In this document: positions 39,403 to 51,810 of the stretch, piece after piece
Layout: the number at the start of each line of letters is the position of its first letter
How positions within the stretch are numbered: position 1 is the first letter of the stretch
NCBI GenBank assembly: GCA_030390025.1
Contig: CM059432.1
Location: forward strand, 88,786,001-88,850,000
Direction of reading: 5' to 3'
Length of the DNA stretch: 64,000 nucleotides
Source of the DNA: Squalus acanthias
Taxonomy: Eukaryota
The notes under the pieces: generated by a model
Seen by the model: only the letters and a program-made list of their open reading frames with translations
Told to the model about the DNA's origin: nothing
The model's database searches: none
Translations under genes and position numbers: made by a program

Positions 39403-40692
39403 GCTTATCTAATAGATGGCAGGTCAACTAGAGATGACAGAAGCAATCTGTCAATGGTGTGATAGGTTGTACCAATGAGGTGACAGTGGATCCCGACTTA
39501 GCTGAAAACACTTGCAACCTCTAGAAAGTTAAATCTGTGCTGAAAATGCAGTCAGCAACAACATCTACCTTAGGAAAGTAACCAGGTGTCAGGTGGGGGT
39601 ATTTATTGTGCTTTCCATGCTGTGCACTAATGAGCTGGATCAATGGCCACTGAATTTCCGCCTCAGGTTCACAGAAGTGGTTCCCGAGCTGCGTGATTCC
39701 CATGGTCATCCAGGGAAATTTGTAAGGTAGGGTTAAAAAGACGCTTAAGGGTCTGACAAGTACCTGCTAATCATTTAAATTAGCTCGGCCACCTCTGCCA
39801 TTGGGGTCGCTGCCGCGTTGGTAAACACGCCTAAGGGAAAGGCACGTGGGGGCGGGATGACAATGGGTTCCCGACCCGCTCCAAGTTATTTCAAATTTCC
39901 CTCCCGATCCGCCTCCAATCCCACCCACACGGGCACCAGAAAATTCCAGCCATTATGTGTGTCTCTTCCTGTGTGCTTGGTTCCCACTCGCTATTTATGT
40001 CTGTCTCTCTGACTTTCCCTTTTTCCTCCACTCTTTCTGCCACTCTCTTTCTAGCTCTCACACACTTTCTCTCATTGTCATCTCTGAAAAGCAGGAACCT
40101 TGGCTGATTTTTTTTTTGAATTCTTTTTAACTCGGAAGGGCTAAGGCTAATTTTAGTGCCACTTAAATGAATGGAAAACATGAAAAAAAAACTCAACTTG
40201 AATGTTGAAAAGTTGTCACACCGAGTGCGATGCTGTCCTCAGTCTCTTAGCTCAGATGGCTATAGATGGGCCGAAGCCCATGGATGGTAAAGTTTATCAG
40301 TAATTTTTTATTCTTTTTGTGAATTACTGATTAGTTCTGTGGTACATTTTATTTTTAGGGTTATATGTAGTGGGGTAGGTAAGGAACTGTCATAGAGCTG
40401 AATGCCACACAATTCTTTTATGGTAGATGTGATTTGGTTTCGTCATAAAAGCACAATCAGACATGACACAATAGATGTGATTCTGATATCTGATTGGTCT
40501 CTGCTGACATGGTTCTGGGATTCAGTTGGTTGAAGCTGTGATTGGTCTAAAAGACAATGACCTCTGGTTCTGCAATCTAATTGTTGGAAGGCAAAGGAAC
40601 CAAGGACACACCTTGATGACACGTGGCCTAAAAGTTACTGTTGCCAATACTAACGGCCAAATACTTAATGTACACACATGACAATCCTTTAA

Positions 40693-41170
40693 GAACATAA
40701 GAACATAAGAAATAAAAGCTGGAGTAGGCCATTTGGCCCTTCAAGCCTGCTCCGCCATTCAACAAGATCATGGCTGATCTTCTACCTCAACTCCACCTTC
40801 CTGCACTATCCCTTAATTCCCTCAGTTCCCAGAGATTTATCAACCTCTGTCTTGAATATACTCAACGACTGAGCATCCACAGCTCTCTGGGGTAGAGAAT
40901 TCCAAAGATTCACAACCCTCTGAGTGAAGAAATTCCTCCTCCTCTCAGTCCTAAATGGCCGACCCCTTATCCTGAGACTATGCCCCCTAGTTCTAGACTC
41001 ACCAGCCAGGGGAAACATTCTCCCAGCATCTACCCCATCAAGCCCCTTAAGAATTTTATATGTTTCAATGAGATTACCCCTCATTCTTCTAAACTTTAGG
41101 GAATATAGGCCTAGTCTACTCAATCTCTCCTCATAGGGTAATCCCCTCACTCCAGGTACCAGTCTAGTGT
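40693..41170 (-). mobile_element. CR1 LINE 3' fragment
   Basis: ORF 40806..41174 with an (aacataag)n tail. Confidence 0.92.
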
Positions 41171-41356
41171 CCACTATTTTAGCAGAGCATTAATCCATTT
41201 AAAATGAGCAGATTAACAACTATCTTAAAATAACACACAAAGGAATATCATGCGAATGTGGTGCACATTTGTCCACTAATACCTTTGACAGCTAGTTCTA
41301 GGCTAATGCTCATAGTTTATCTTTATGGTGTGAAAAATATCCATGAGGGAAATATT

Positions 41357-42119
41357 GGGCCAGAAATTCGGCTGTTGTCGGGTGAGTACGCGCTGTGTAC
41401 TCACCCGTAAGGCCACCTGAAGTGCCAGTTTCATGCATGCACTGCGCATGCGCGGGAAACCGGAACTTCCGTTCCCCTGAAGGAAGGGGTTCAGAAGTCG
41501 AACGCGTGCGCGGTAGAGGCAGCGCGCACGCAGCGAACTTCAGTTTTTTTTTCAGGTTTCTCCGTGAGGGTAAGTATGGAGAAGCTGCACTTTTAAAAAG
41601 GAGACGCAAGGCCTGTTTTTAACCAGGTAAGTGGTTAATTAATTACAATTTAAACATTTTTTCAACAGGTTTATCTATTTTAGATACTTTAAAGAAAGGT
41701 AAGTTTATTTTTAGCACCGTTAAAAAGTATAATTAATTTTTTCAAAAATTTAAATTTTTTTTAAAGTAGTTAATTTATGTAACTTATAGTTATTTTAAAA
41801 ATGTGATGTTTTTTTAAAATTTATTTGAAGTTTAAGTGTGGTTTTGGGGCCGATCTCTATTTATAGATTTGACAGGTCTTCCTGTCCAATCTATGAATGA
41901 AAATGCCGTGCTCCGATTGGCTCTCCATGGCCCACGCGATCCCAGGGGACGCTTCGAACTAACTGCGCCCCTGGGATACACAAGCACTGCGCGCCGGCAG
42001 CTGCAGGAGGCCCAGGAGCCGAAGTCCTCGTGGGCCCGAAGCACAACGGCAGGCGCGGTAGGTAAGTACGCGCGCGATTCTTGCACCCGGTGGAAGCTGG
42101 AGAGACGAATTTCCGGCCC
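41357..42119. mobile_element. Harbinger MITE
   Basis: TIR gggccagaaattcg / cgaatttccggccc with TSD ATT. Paralogous to 42239-42997. Confidence 0.9.
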
Positions 42120-42238
42120 ATTTAATATTTTCAAAATCAAGGATCAAACCATTCAGAGAGGGCAGATAGGTCAAAGAGGAGGAATCTGGAAATCTTTGTG
42201 GCTTGTTTATTTTTCTAAAGCACAAAGAACAAAATAAT

Positions 42239-42997
42239 GGGACAGAAATTCGGCTGTTGTCGGGTGAGTCCGCACTGTGTACTCACCCGTGGACGGAACG
42301 AAAGTGCCGGTTTCTTGCATGCACTGTGCATGCGCGGGAAACCGGCACTTCCGTTCCCCTGAGGAAAGGGGTTCAGAGGTCGAACGCGCACGCCGGAGGG
42401 CCAGCGCGTTCGCCTCGCACTTCGGTATTTTTTACAGGTTCCTCCGTGAGGGTAAGCACGGAGAAGATACACTTTTAAAAAGGATGCACAAGGCCTTCTT
42501 TTAACAAGGTAAGTGTTGATTTTATTAAAATTTAAACATTTTTTTCACAGATTTATCTTTTTTAATTACTTTAAAGAAAGGTAAGTTTAGTTTTAGCCCT
42601 GTTAAAAAATGTAATTTTTTTCAAAAATTTTAATTTTTGTTTAAAATAGTTAATTAATGTAATTTATAGTTATTTTAAAAATGTGATTTTTAAAAAATTT
42701 ATTTGTAGTTTTAGGGATGTTTTGGGGCCGATCTGTATTCATAGATTTGACAGGTTTCCTGTCAAATCTATGAATGAAAGATGGTCTGCTGCCATTGGCT
42801 CTCCATGGCCCACGTGATCCCAGGGGACGCATCGCACTAACTACGCCCCTGGGATACACAAGCACTGCGCGCCGGCAGTTGGGGGAGGCCCAGGAGCCGA
42901 AGTCCCCGTGGGCCCAGAGGTCAACGGCAGGCGCGGTAGGTAGGTGCGCGCGCGATCCTTGCACCCGCGGGAAGCCAGGGAGCCGAATTTCTGGCCC
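42239..42997. mobile_element. Harbinger MITE
   Basis: TIR gggacagaaattcggct / agccgaatttctggccc with TSD AAT. Confidence 0.9.
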
Positions 42998-43740
42998 AAT
43001 AGTTCTATACATAGCTGTTGGTATAAAATCTAATGAATGAACAGAACTAAGATCAGTGAGAATATTTACTTGAAATGATGGCAGCATATCCATGTCATTC
43101 CAGGAATGCAACTTTAGGTTACACTTAGAACCTACCAAGCAGACATGAACCAGAGGAAACCCTCTTCCTCAGTGTACAAAATTCAGGTTGTCAGTAAACC
43201 AGCTTTGGGGCTCACCAGACAGCAAATGTGAAAAGTCATCAACATATTGCTGTGAGGTAAGCATGACCTCCACTGGGATTTCAACCTTTGGCAACAGTGA
43301 TGTAAGACAACTGTTTGTCCACTATGGGAACAATGAGTCTCTCCATCTTATAAACTGAAAAGCAAACAGAAAATCTAGAGCAGTCATAGTAAAAAATTGA
43401 CATATAAATATTTAGAATATGGGCCTGAATTTGCGGTTGGATGGCTCCAAACCGCAATAGAAGTCCGCACCTACCTGATGGTCCTGGATCCATGGAAACC
43501 CGCGCTCCTTGGCCTTTACGCGCAAGCTTGCATAGAGGTCCACGTATCCCAGGGGCGCAGGCAGTTCGCAAGCGCCCCTGGGATCATGTGGGCCGGCCCA
43601 ACCAATCAGAAAGGGGATTCCATTTACGTATGGAATCCCCATAAGCTTAATAGGAATCACCCAAAAAATACATTTTTACAGCACTGAAATAAAAAAAATC
43701 ATTATATGTTTGAAATTAATTTAAATACAATTTAATCTAC

Positions 43741-44214
43741 TAGTGGGAACAGCCTTTCCCCGTCTAGCCTATCCAAACCCGTCATAATGTTGTACACCTC
43801 TATCAAATCACCCCTCAACCTCCTTTGCTTTGTTTTCATTAGAGCAAAGGAGGTTGAGGGGTGATTTGATAGAGGTGTACAAGATTATGACGGGTTTGGA
43901 TAGGCTAGACGGGGAAAGGCTGTACCCACTAGTTGATGGTACAAGGACTAGGGGACACAGATTTAAGGTTTTGGGAAAGAGATACAGGGGGGACGTGAGG
44001 AAAAACTTTTTTACGCAGTGAGTGGTGAGGACCTGGCACTCGCTGCCGACAGAAGTGGTGGAAGCGGAGACGCTCCATGTTTTTAAGGAGAGACTGGATA
44101 GGCACTTGAGGGAAATAAACTTGCAGGGCTACGGGGATAGAGTGGGGGAATGGGACTAACTGGATTGCTCTACAGAGATCCAAATGGCCGCCTCCTGTGC
44201 CGTTATGACTCTAT
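43741..44214 (+). mobile_element. CR1 3' fragment with 5' inverted duplication
   Basis: ORF 43830..44021. 43741-43829 is the reverse complement of 43843-43931. Ends in a (tatgactc)n tail. Confidence 0.9.
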
Positions 44215-47200
44215 GGGCTGGATTTTACCAGCCCTGAGGAGGCGGGACTGCTGGGAAAATCAAAATGAATAGGAGTGGGTCACGAGCCCACTCCCAACCC
44301 ACCTCCAATCAATCTTCCCGGGAGTTGGGTCCCCGATTTGTACAGGGACCCGACTCCTAGCGGCGGGAAGAGGATTATAGCCACTTAACTGCCTGTTAAT
44401 AGGTAGTTAACAGGCAGTTAAGAGGCTTTTTCCCATTTTGTGACTTCTGCTGCGGGCTTCCCGACGTCGGGCAACTCCGCCAGGGTAAGTGAGGCGTGCT
44501 GTAGGTCTGTTGTACTTTTGGTGTACAGATGATAGCTGCAGAAGTGGTGTGAAGGATACAATGGGACACTGGTGAGTATCAGAGGTAAGGAAATGTTGGG
44601 AAAGTCATTTTTAATGTGTTTAGATTTTTCTGTAGGTGAGAAGCTTGGAAGTGTTTGTGTGGCCTCACCTCAATGGGAGAAGTGACAGATCGCTTCTGTA
44701 CCCTCACCTGTAGCTGCCATCTGTTTCATCCTAAGGAGAGAACATTGGAGTGCCTGGGTTCAAGGGCTCACCTTTGTACAGTGATTGTCAATGCTGTCAA
44801 ACACTGTCAAATCAACTGTCAAAAATTTATGGTTCATGTGCCTATAAGAAAACCGACAGATGAAGCGTCATCAACTGACATCATCTGACACTGGCGTTCC
44901 CTTAATTGGGGGGGGTTTAAACTAACTTGGCAGGGGGATGGGATACGGAGTGGAGCTATAGTAGGGGGTGATGCACAGCCAAATATAGAGGAAAAAACAA
45001 GTCAGCCTGGAAGGCAGAGCAAATATGTAATGGCACAAGGGAGCATGGCAAGGCTGGATGGCATTTATTTTAATGCAAGGAGTCTTGCGAGTAAGGCAGA
45101 TGAATTGAAGGTGTTGATGAACACATGGGAGTATGATATTGTTGCTATCACAGAGACATGGTTGAGAGAGGCGCAGGACTGGCAGCTCAATATTCCGGGG
45201 TATAGAATCTTCAGGTGAGACAGAGGGGGGTGTAAAAGAGGAGGGGGTGTCACAATATTAATCAAGGAGTCAATTACTGCTGTAAGGAGGGATGATATCT
45301 TAGCAGGTTCCTCTAATGAGGCCATATGGGTAGAACTTAAAAACAAAAAGGGGGCAAGCACTTTGCTGGGAGTGTACTATAGGCCCCCAAACAGTCAGGG
45401 GGAGATAGAGGAACAGATATGTAGGCAAATCTCAGAGAAGTGTAGAAATAATAGGGTAATAATAGTAGGGGATTTCAACTTCCCCAATATTAACTGGGAT
45501 AGTCAGAGTGTGAAAGGCTTAGAGGGTGCGGAATTCTTAAAGTGCATCCAGGAGAGCTTTTTGAGCCAGCATGTAGAAAGTCCTACAAGAGAGGGGGCGG
45601 TACTGGACCTAATTCTAGGGAATGTAGCCGGGCAAGTGGTAGATGTGTCAGTAGGAGAGCATTTTGGTGACAGTGACCATAATTCGGTGAGATTTAAGGT
45701 AGTCATGGAAAAGGACAAAGATGGACCGGAAATAAAGGTTCCTAATTGGGGGAAGGCCGATTTTAATATGATAAGGCAGGATCTGGCCAAAATGGACTGG
45801 GATCAGCTACTTCTAGGAAAATCCACATCAGAGCAATGGGAGTCTTTCAGAAAGGAAATGGAGAGAGTACAACACCAACATGTTCCCGTAAAGGTCAAGG
45901 GTGGGACCAACAAGCCCAGGGAACCCTGGATGTCAAGGGATATACAAGAATGGATTAGGGAAATAAAGGGAGGCTTTTGGCAGATACAAAGGACTAAAAA
46001 CAGTGGAAGCCCTAGAGGAGTATAGAAAGTGCAGGGGGTACTTAAAAAAGAAATTAGGAGAGCAAAGAGGGGGCATGAAAAAATACTGGCAGGCAAAATA
46101 AAGGAAAATCCCAAGGTGTTTTATAAGTATATTAAGGGCAAGAGAATAACCAGGGAAAGAGTAGGGCCCATTAGGGACCAAAATGGCAATCTGTGTGTAG
46201 AGCCGGAAGATGTAGGTGAGGTTTTAAATAAATATTTTGCATCTGTGTTCACTATGGAGAAGGATGATGTAGGCATAGAAATCAGGCAGGGGGATTGTGA
46301 TATACTTGAACAAATTAGCATTGAGAGGGAGGAGGTACTAGCGGTTTTAGCGGGCTTAAGAGTGGATAAATCCCCAGGCCCTGACGGGATGTATCCCAGG
46401 CTGCTGTGTGATGCAAGGGAGGAGATTGCAGGGGCTCTGACACAAATTTTCAGATCCTCTCTGGCCACAGGGGCGGTGCCAGAGGACTGGAGAACACCTA
46501 ACGTAGTACCATTGTTCAAGAAGGGTAGTAGGGATAAACCAGGGAATTACAGGCCAGTGAGCCTAACATCAGTGGTAGGGAAATTATTGGAAAAAATTCT
46601 GAGGGACAGAATTAGTCTCCACTTGGAGAGGCAGGGATTAATCAGGGATAGTCAGCATGGCTTTGTCAGGGGGAGATCATGTCTGACCAATTTGATTGAA
46701 TTTTTCGAGGGGGTGACTAGGTGTGTGGATGAGGGTAGTGCAGTTGATGTAGTCTACATGGACTTCAGTAAGGCTTTTGACAAAGTCCCACATGGGAGAC
46801 TGGTCAAGAAGGTAAGAGCCCATGGGATCCAGGGCAATTTGGCACATTGGATCCAAAATTGGCTCAGTGGCAGGAGGCAGAGGGTGATGGTCGAAGGTTG
46901 TTTTTGTGACTGGAAGCCTGTGTCCAGTGGTGTACCACAGGGATCGGTGCTGGGTCCTTTGCTGTTTGTAGTGTACATTAATGATTGAATTATGAATGTA
47001 GGAGGTATGATCAGTAAGTTCGCAGATGACACGAAAATTGGTGGAGTGGTAAATAGTGAGGAGGGAAGCCTCAGGCTACAGGACAATATAGACGGGATGG
47101 TTAGATGGGCAGAACAGTGGCAAATGGAATTTAACCCTGAAAAGTATGAGGTGATGCATTTTGGGAGGACAAACAAGGCAAGGGAATACACAATGAATGG

Positions 47201-48093
47201 TAGGATCCTAGGAAGGACAGAGGATCAGAGGGACCTTGGTGTGCATGTACATAGATCCCTGAAGGCAGCAGGACAGATAGATAAGGTGGTTAAAAAGGCA
47301 TATGGGATACTTGCCTTCATTAGGCGAGGCATAGAATATAAGAGCAGGGAGGTTATGATGGAGCTGTCCAAAATGCTAGTTAGGCCACAGCTGGAATACT
47401 GTGTGCAGTTCTAGACACCACACTATAGGAAGGATGTGATTGCATTGGAGAGGGTGCAGAGGAGATTCACCAGGATGTTACCTGGGCTGCAGCGCTTCAG
47501 CTATGAAGAGAGACTGGACAGGCTGGGATTGTTTTCCTTAGAGCAGAGAAGGCTGAGGGGGGACCTGATTGAGGTGTACAAAATTATGAGGGGCATAGAT
47601 CGGGTAGATAGAAAGGAACTTTTCCCCTTAGTGGAGGAGTCAATAACCAGGGGGCATAGTTTCAAGGTAAGGGGCAGAAGGTTTAGAGGGGATTTGAGGA
47701 AAAACTTTTTCACCCAGAGGGTGGTTGGAATCTGGAACTCACTGCCTGAAAGGGTGGTAGAGGCAGGAACCCTCACAACATTCAAGAAGCATTTAGATGA
47801 GCACTTGAAACGCCATAGCATACAAGGCTACGGACCAAGTGCTGGAAAATGGGATTAGAATAGACAGGGCTTGATGGCCAGCACGAACACGATGGGCCGA
47901 AGGGCCCCTTTCTGTGCTGTATAACTCTGACTCTATGACTATGACTCTAATTGGCCAGCAAGCCCGCAGGGCGGGCTTAACAAGGCCAATCAGGGGAAAA
48001 TAGTGTCTGCGTCGGATGTCGCTGGGGGCGGGACTAGAACCCGGAAGGCAGCAGTCCCGCCCCCAACTCGTCTCGGTGAGTAAAATCCAGCCC
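44215..48093. mobile_element. Non-autonomous Harbinger element containing a CR1
   Basis: Perfect 14-bp TIR gggctggattttac / gtaaaatccagccc with TSD TAT. Confidence 0.88.
44910..47947 (+). mobile_element. CR1 LINE with nearly complete ORF2 (APE endonuclease + RT), several stops and a frameshift
   Basis: YFNARSL, AITETW, GVYYRPP, GDFNFP, SDHN, YMDFSKAFDKV, GVPQGSVLGP and KFADDTK. TSD is TAATTGG (44903-44909 / 47948-47954). Confidence 0.95.
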
Positions 48094-48465
48094 TATGAGT
48101 CTATGGGGGAAAAATTAGGTCGCGCCCCATTTGGGGCGCAAATATCGTCTGGACGCAAATATTAGCGCCTGGCGCTAATTATCGCCACTGACTGGAAACT
48201 TCACTTTTACCGCCCCGGGAGGTGAGTGGAGCGCTAAATCAGGCGCTGCACACCTGTCTTAAGGCGCAAAGGCCGAGCAGTGAGGCGCTAACTCAGCGCG
48301 CGAGCGCAGCGCAGGTGCTGCCAGTTAGCGAGGGAACACAGACACACTGGCGCCGGCCAGTTCTTAAAGCGGGGGGGGGGCCAACTTGCTCCCCAGCCAC
48401 ACCCTGCTCATTGCAGCCTTGAATCTCGGCCTGGAGAGACCTGTGAATCCATTTTGCTGCCAAGG

Positions 48466-50405
48466 ATGGAGAGGGTGAGAGAACGAGCTCATCGCTTCAC
48501 CGAGCGGGCCTTGGATGCTCTGGTTGGCGCGGTGGAGCGCAGAAGATGTATACTCTTCCCTGAGAGTGGCAGGAGGCCTTTGCCACGCGAGTACAGAAGA
48601 GTGTGGAGGGAGGTGGCTCAGAGCGTCTCCTCCAGGAGCATGGTGCCCAGGACCCATGTTCAATGCCGTAAAAAGTTCAACGACCTCACTCGGGTCGTCA
48701 GGGTGAGTGGCTTTTTCTCAATACCTCTCCATCCCTCCATCTCAACCTCACTCTATGGCCAGAGGGTCTTAAAACCCCAATGCACAATACTCATCCAACA
48801 CCTATGGCCCTTTCATGAAAGAAACACACAGATTCCACACTTTGCATACAGTAAGGGCTATTCACCTATGGGAGGCACATCAGGCAAGACCATGGCTGCA
48901 TACAGTAAGGGCTATTCACCTATGGGAGGCACATCAGGCAAGACCATGGCTGTATACAGTAAGGGCTATTCATCTATGGGAGGCACATCAGGCAAGACCA
49001 TGGCTGTATATTTACTCAGATGCTGTCCTTTTTCTTGCAGGCCAAGCTGGCGCATAATAGGAGACAGCAGCAATGGACAGGTGGAGGGCGGCCTCAGCTG
49101 CAACCCCTCAGCGATCTTGAGGAGCGCGTCCACAGGATTGTGGCAAGCCAGGTGATCGGTCCCGTCGCCACTGGAGACGCCGACCCCGTTCTGGACAGCA
49201 ATGGTAAGGTCATCACCTTTTTGTCCTCTGTCCTTCCACTTGTCCCTCACAACACCAGCCTTTGACACTTTCAATCCAACTTGCTAACTCGCTGCACTTA
49301 TTCCTCCCTTACTGCCACCCTGTCCTCACGCTAAAGCCACTCTTGTACCTCCCTGCTTTCAGATGGTGATTCACCAGCTGAGGAGACGGGCCCTGAAGCT
49401 GCCACTGGGAGTGAAGCTGCAGCCGAGGAGGAAGAGGAAGCCGGAGCATCAGTGCCACCCTCTCCCGAGGAAGCCCATGCCCACACTGGGAACACGCCTT
49501 CCCTGGAGGGGAGCAGGGGGGAAGGGTCTGATGAGGGTGAAGCTCCAGGACCCAGCGGGCTGCAGCAACGCCATGGGGGTAGGGAAGAACGGTGGCCTTC
49601 TCCCCAGAGGGAGAGTATGCCAGAGACTCCTACTGCAATGGACGCAGAGGAGGAGCGGCTGATCGCAGAAATGAACACCCAGGCAGTGGGCACGCACACT
49701 GAGCTCATGGGTGCAGTGGGAAGGGTGCCCGAATGCATTGAGTCACTGGCAAGGAATGTGGAGCACTTCGCTGTAGCACAGGCGGATGCCACACTAACGC
49801 TTAGTGCTGCAATTCAGTCACTGACTGCCGTGATCCCATCTCTGACTGCTCTCATGCAGACTCAGATTGAGGCCACGCGAGCACTGACTGCTGCCAACCT
49901 CGATGGTTCATTCACATGTCCCCGGGGCTTTCACCGCGCCGCAGCAGGCCAGCAATCTGTGCTCCAGCAGATTGCTCCGGATGCTGAAGTGCTGCCCCGT
50001 GGGAGTGCCAGTGTGTCGGGCGAGCAGGGAGTTGCTGTCCTCTCTCACGATGACAGCATTCCTGCTGCCAACACTGTCACTTCTCCACTGCACTTGCCAC
50101 CGCCTGTAGGACAGACTGCTGCGGCCCATGCAGAGTTGGTGCAGTCTGCAGCCGGGCCCTCCAGGCCCAGAACTGGTCGAGGCAACCTTCAGGGGCATCT
50201 GCAGTGTCAGGGTCTGACGATCAGCAGCCTTCCACCAGCCTTGCTGCAGCCACTGAGGTCCCTTTACGGAGGAGCAGTAGGGTTAGAAGGGGGGAAGTGC
50301 ACAAGGGAAGGAGATCACCCTCGAAGGGCAAAAAGTAGGAGGTGTGACAAAATGCTGGTCATTTTTTTATTAGAGGCCGAGGTTCGTGGTCCAACTTTTG
50401 TTTAG
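48466..50405 (+). CDS. Harbinger Myb/SANT-like protein, predicted exons 48466-48702, 49041-49203, 49363-50405
   Basis: Canonical GT/AG junctions in compatible phases give an open spliced frame (RFTERALDALV...VWREVAQSV...QCRKKFNDL). A probable 1-nt frameshift near 50182 alters the C-terminus relative to paralogs. Confidence 0.8.
48845..49006 (+). repeat. 54-bp tandem repeat x3 in Myb intron 1
   Basis: Unit catacagtaagggctattcacctatgggaggcacatcaggcaagaccatggctg starts at 48845, 48899 and 48953. Confidence 0.95.
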
Positions 50406-50721
50406 TGTTTTGGACATTATCTCCAGGTTGTGAGAACCAGTTATGTTATTGACTGTTTTTTTGTGTTTATTTCTATGAGTTTGTCATGAGGAAATGACAC
50501 ACACAGAGTTTGTAAAATAAATAAGTTTTTGTATTCAAAATATACATGTTTGGTGTTTGGAATTATTGGTGCCTTGGCCGGCTTAGGGGTTGCGTGCTGG
50601 GTTCATTGATGTTGTTAGCAATGCAGAAGCCATTTCCACAGCAGGGGCCCTAGAAGCGGCTTGCTATCAGCCGTTGACGGACGGCCCTTGCAGTTTCACT
50701 ATTGTGGGCCGCCCTCCCGCC

Positions 50722-51810
50722 TTAGTGCTGCTGATGATCATCCTCCTCGTCCTCTTCCTCCTCTTCCTCCTCCTCCTCTGGTGGTGCTCCAAGGCCTGGT
50801 GGCATTGGCTGGGTCCTGACGATTGCCATGTTATGCAACATGCAGCACACAACTACGAAGTTGGATACTCGCTCAGGCGAGTACTGCAGGGCTCCTCCAG
50901 AATGGTCGAGACAGCGGAACCGTTGCTTCAGCATGCCGATTGTGCGCTCAATGATGTTCCTGGTAGCTTGATGGCTCTCATTGTACCGCAGCTCAGCAGG
51001 GGTGTTGGGCATACGGAGCGGTGTCATCAGCCAGGTGCTCAATGTATACCCCTTGTCCCCGAGAAGCCAACCAACTGGCTGATGCGGTGCCTCGAAAAGT
51101 TCTGCCACAGTAGTCTGGCGCAGGATAAAAGCATCGTGGCAGCTGCCAGGATAGTGGGCATTGACAGCGAGTATCAGCTGTCTGTGGTCACAGACCAACT
51201 GAACATTCAAGGAATGGAACCCCTTTCTGTTCCGGAATCCCTCGGCATTCTCATGTGGAGCACACAAAGCCACATGCGTGCAGTCAATGGCGCCCTGCAC
51301 CATGGGGAAGCCCGCTATCCTCGCAAAGCCCAGAGCGCGGTCACGCTGCTTGTCTGGGGTCATGGGGAAAGAGATGAACTCTCGTCTCCTTTTAAAGAGG
51401 GCATTTGTGACCTGCCGGATGCAGCAATGCACCGCGAACTGGGAAATATTGGCGAGGTCCCCAGCAGCAGCTTGAAATGAGCCAGTAGCATAGAAGTTGA
51501 GAGCCACTGTGACCTTCAGTGCCACCGACAGAGACGTCCTGGACCTCAGTTGAGGCTGCAGATCTGGCTGCAGCAGGTGGCAGAGCTCAGTGACCACCTC
51601 CTTGCTGAATCGCAGCCTTCGCAAACACAGCTCCTCAGACATATGAATGTAGGAGAGCTGTTCACGATATACCCTGGGAGGGTAAGCTCTCCTGTACATA
51701 CGCCTGTTGGCCCTCCTCCGTCTGGCCATCATTGCCACTCTCTCTCTGCGTCTCTGTGTCCTCCGATTCAGCTGGAGCAGGACGACGCCCCCAATCAGTG
51801 CAGCCCCCAT
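50722..51810 (-). CDS. Harbinger (HARBI1-like) DDE transposase
   Basis: Open frame from ATG 51810 with intact GAIDCTH, LLGDKGY and IERTIG catalytic motifs. The TAA lies 24 codons before the homologous end at 50650. Confidence 0.9.
   Translation of the reverse strand: MGAALIGGVVLLQLNRRTQRRRERVAMMARRRRANRRMYRRAYPPRVYREQLSYIHMSEELCLRRLRFSKEVVTELCHLLQPDLQPQLRSRTSLSVALKVTVALNFYATGSFQAAAGDLANISQFAVHCCIRQVTNALFKRRREFISFPMTPDKQRDRALGFARIAGFPMVQGAIDCTHVALCAPHENAEGFRNRKGFHSLNVQLVCDHRQLILAVNAHYPGSCHDAFILRQTTVAELFEAPHQPVGWLLGDKGYTLSTWLMTPLRMPNTPAELRYNESHQATRNIIERTIGMLKQRFRCLDHSGGALQYSPERVSNFVVVCCMLHNMAIVRTQPMPPGLGAPPEEEEEEEEEDEEDDHQQH

Larger units (their letters stand above)
35805..39951. mobile_element. 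Full-length-type PIF/Harbinger transposon (defective)
   Basis: TIRs ggctgaaattttctg / cagaaaattccagcc (14/15) with TSD ATT. Confidence 0.92.

Noticed and set aside
40200..40290. Short AG...GTAAAG exon-like segment
   Set aside because: Too short and unrecognisable to support without transcript data.
48845..49006. Possible CRISPR-like array
   Set aside because: The units are contiguous with no unique spacers, the context is eukaryotic, and there are no cas genes.
50590..51480. 296-aa + strand ORF
   Set aside because: It is the antisense shadow of the Harbinger transposase.
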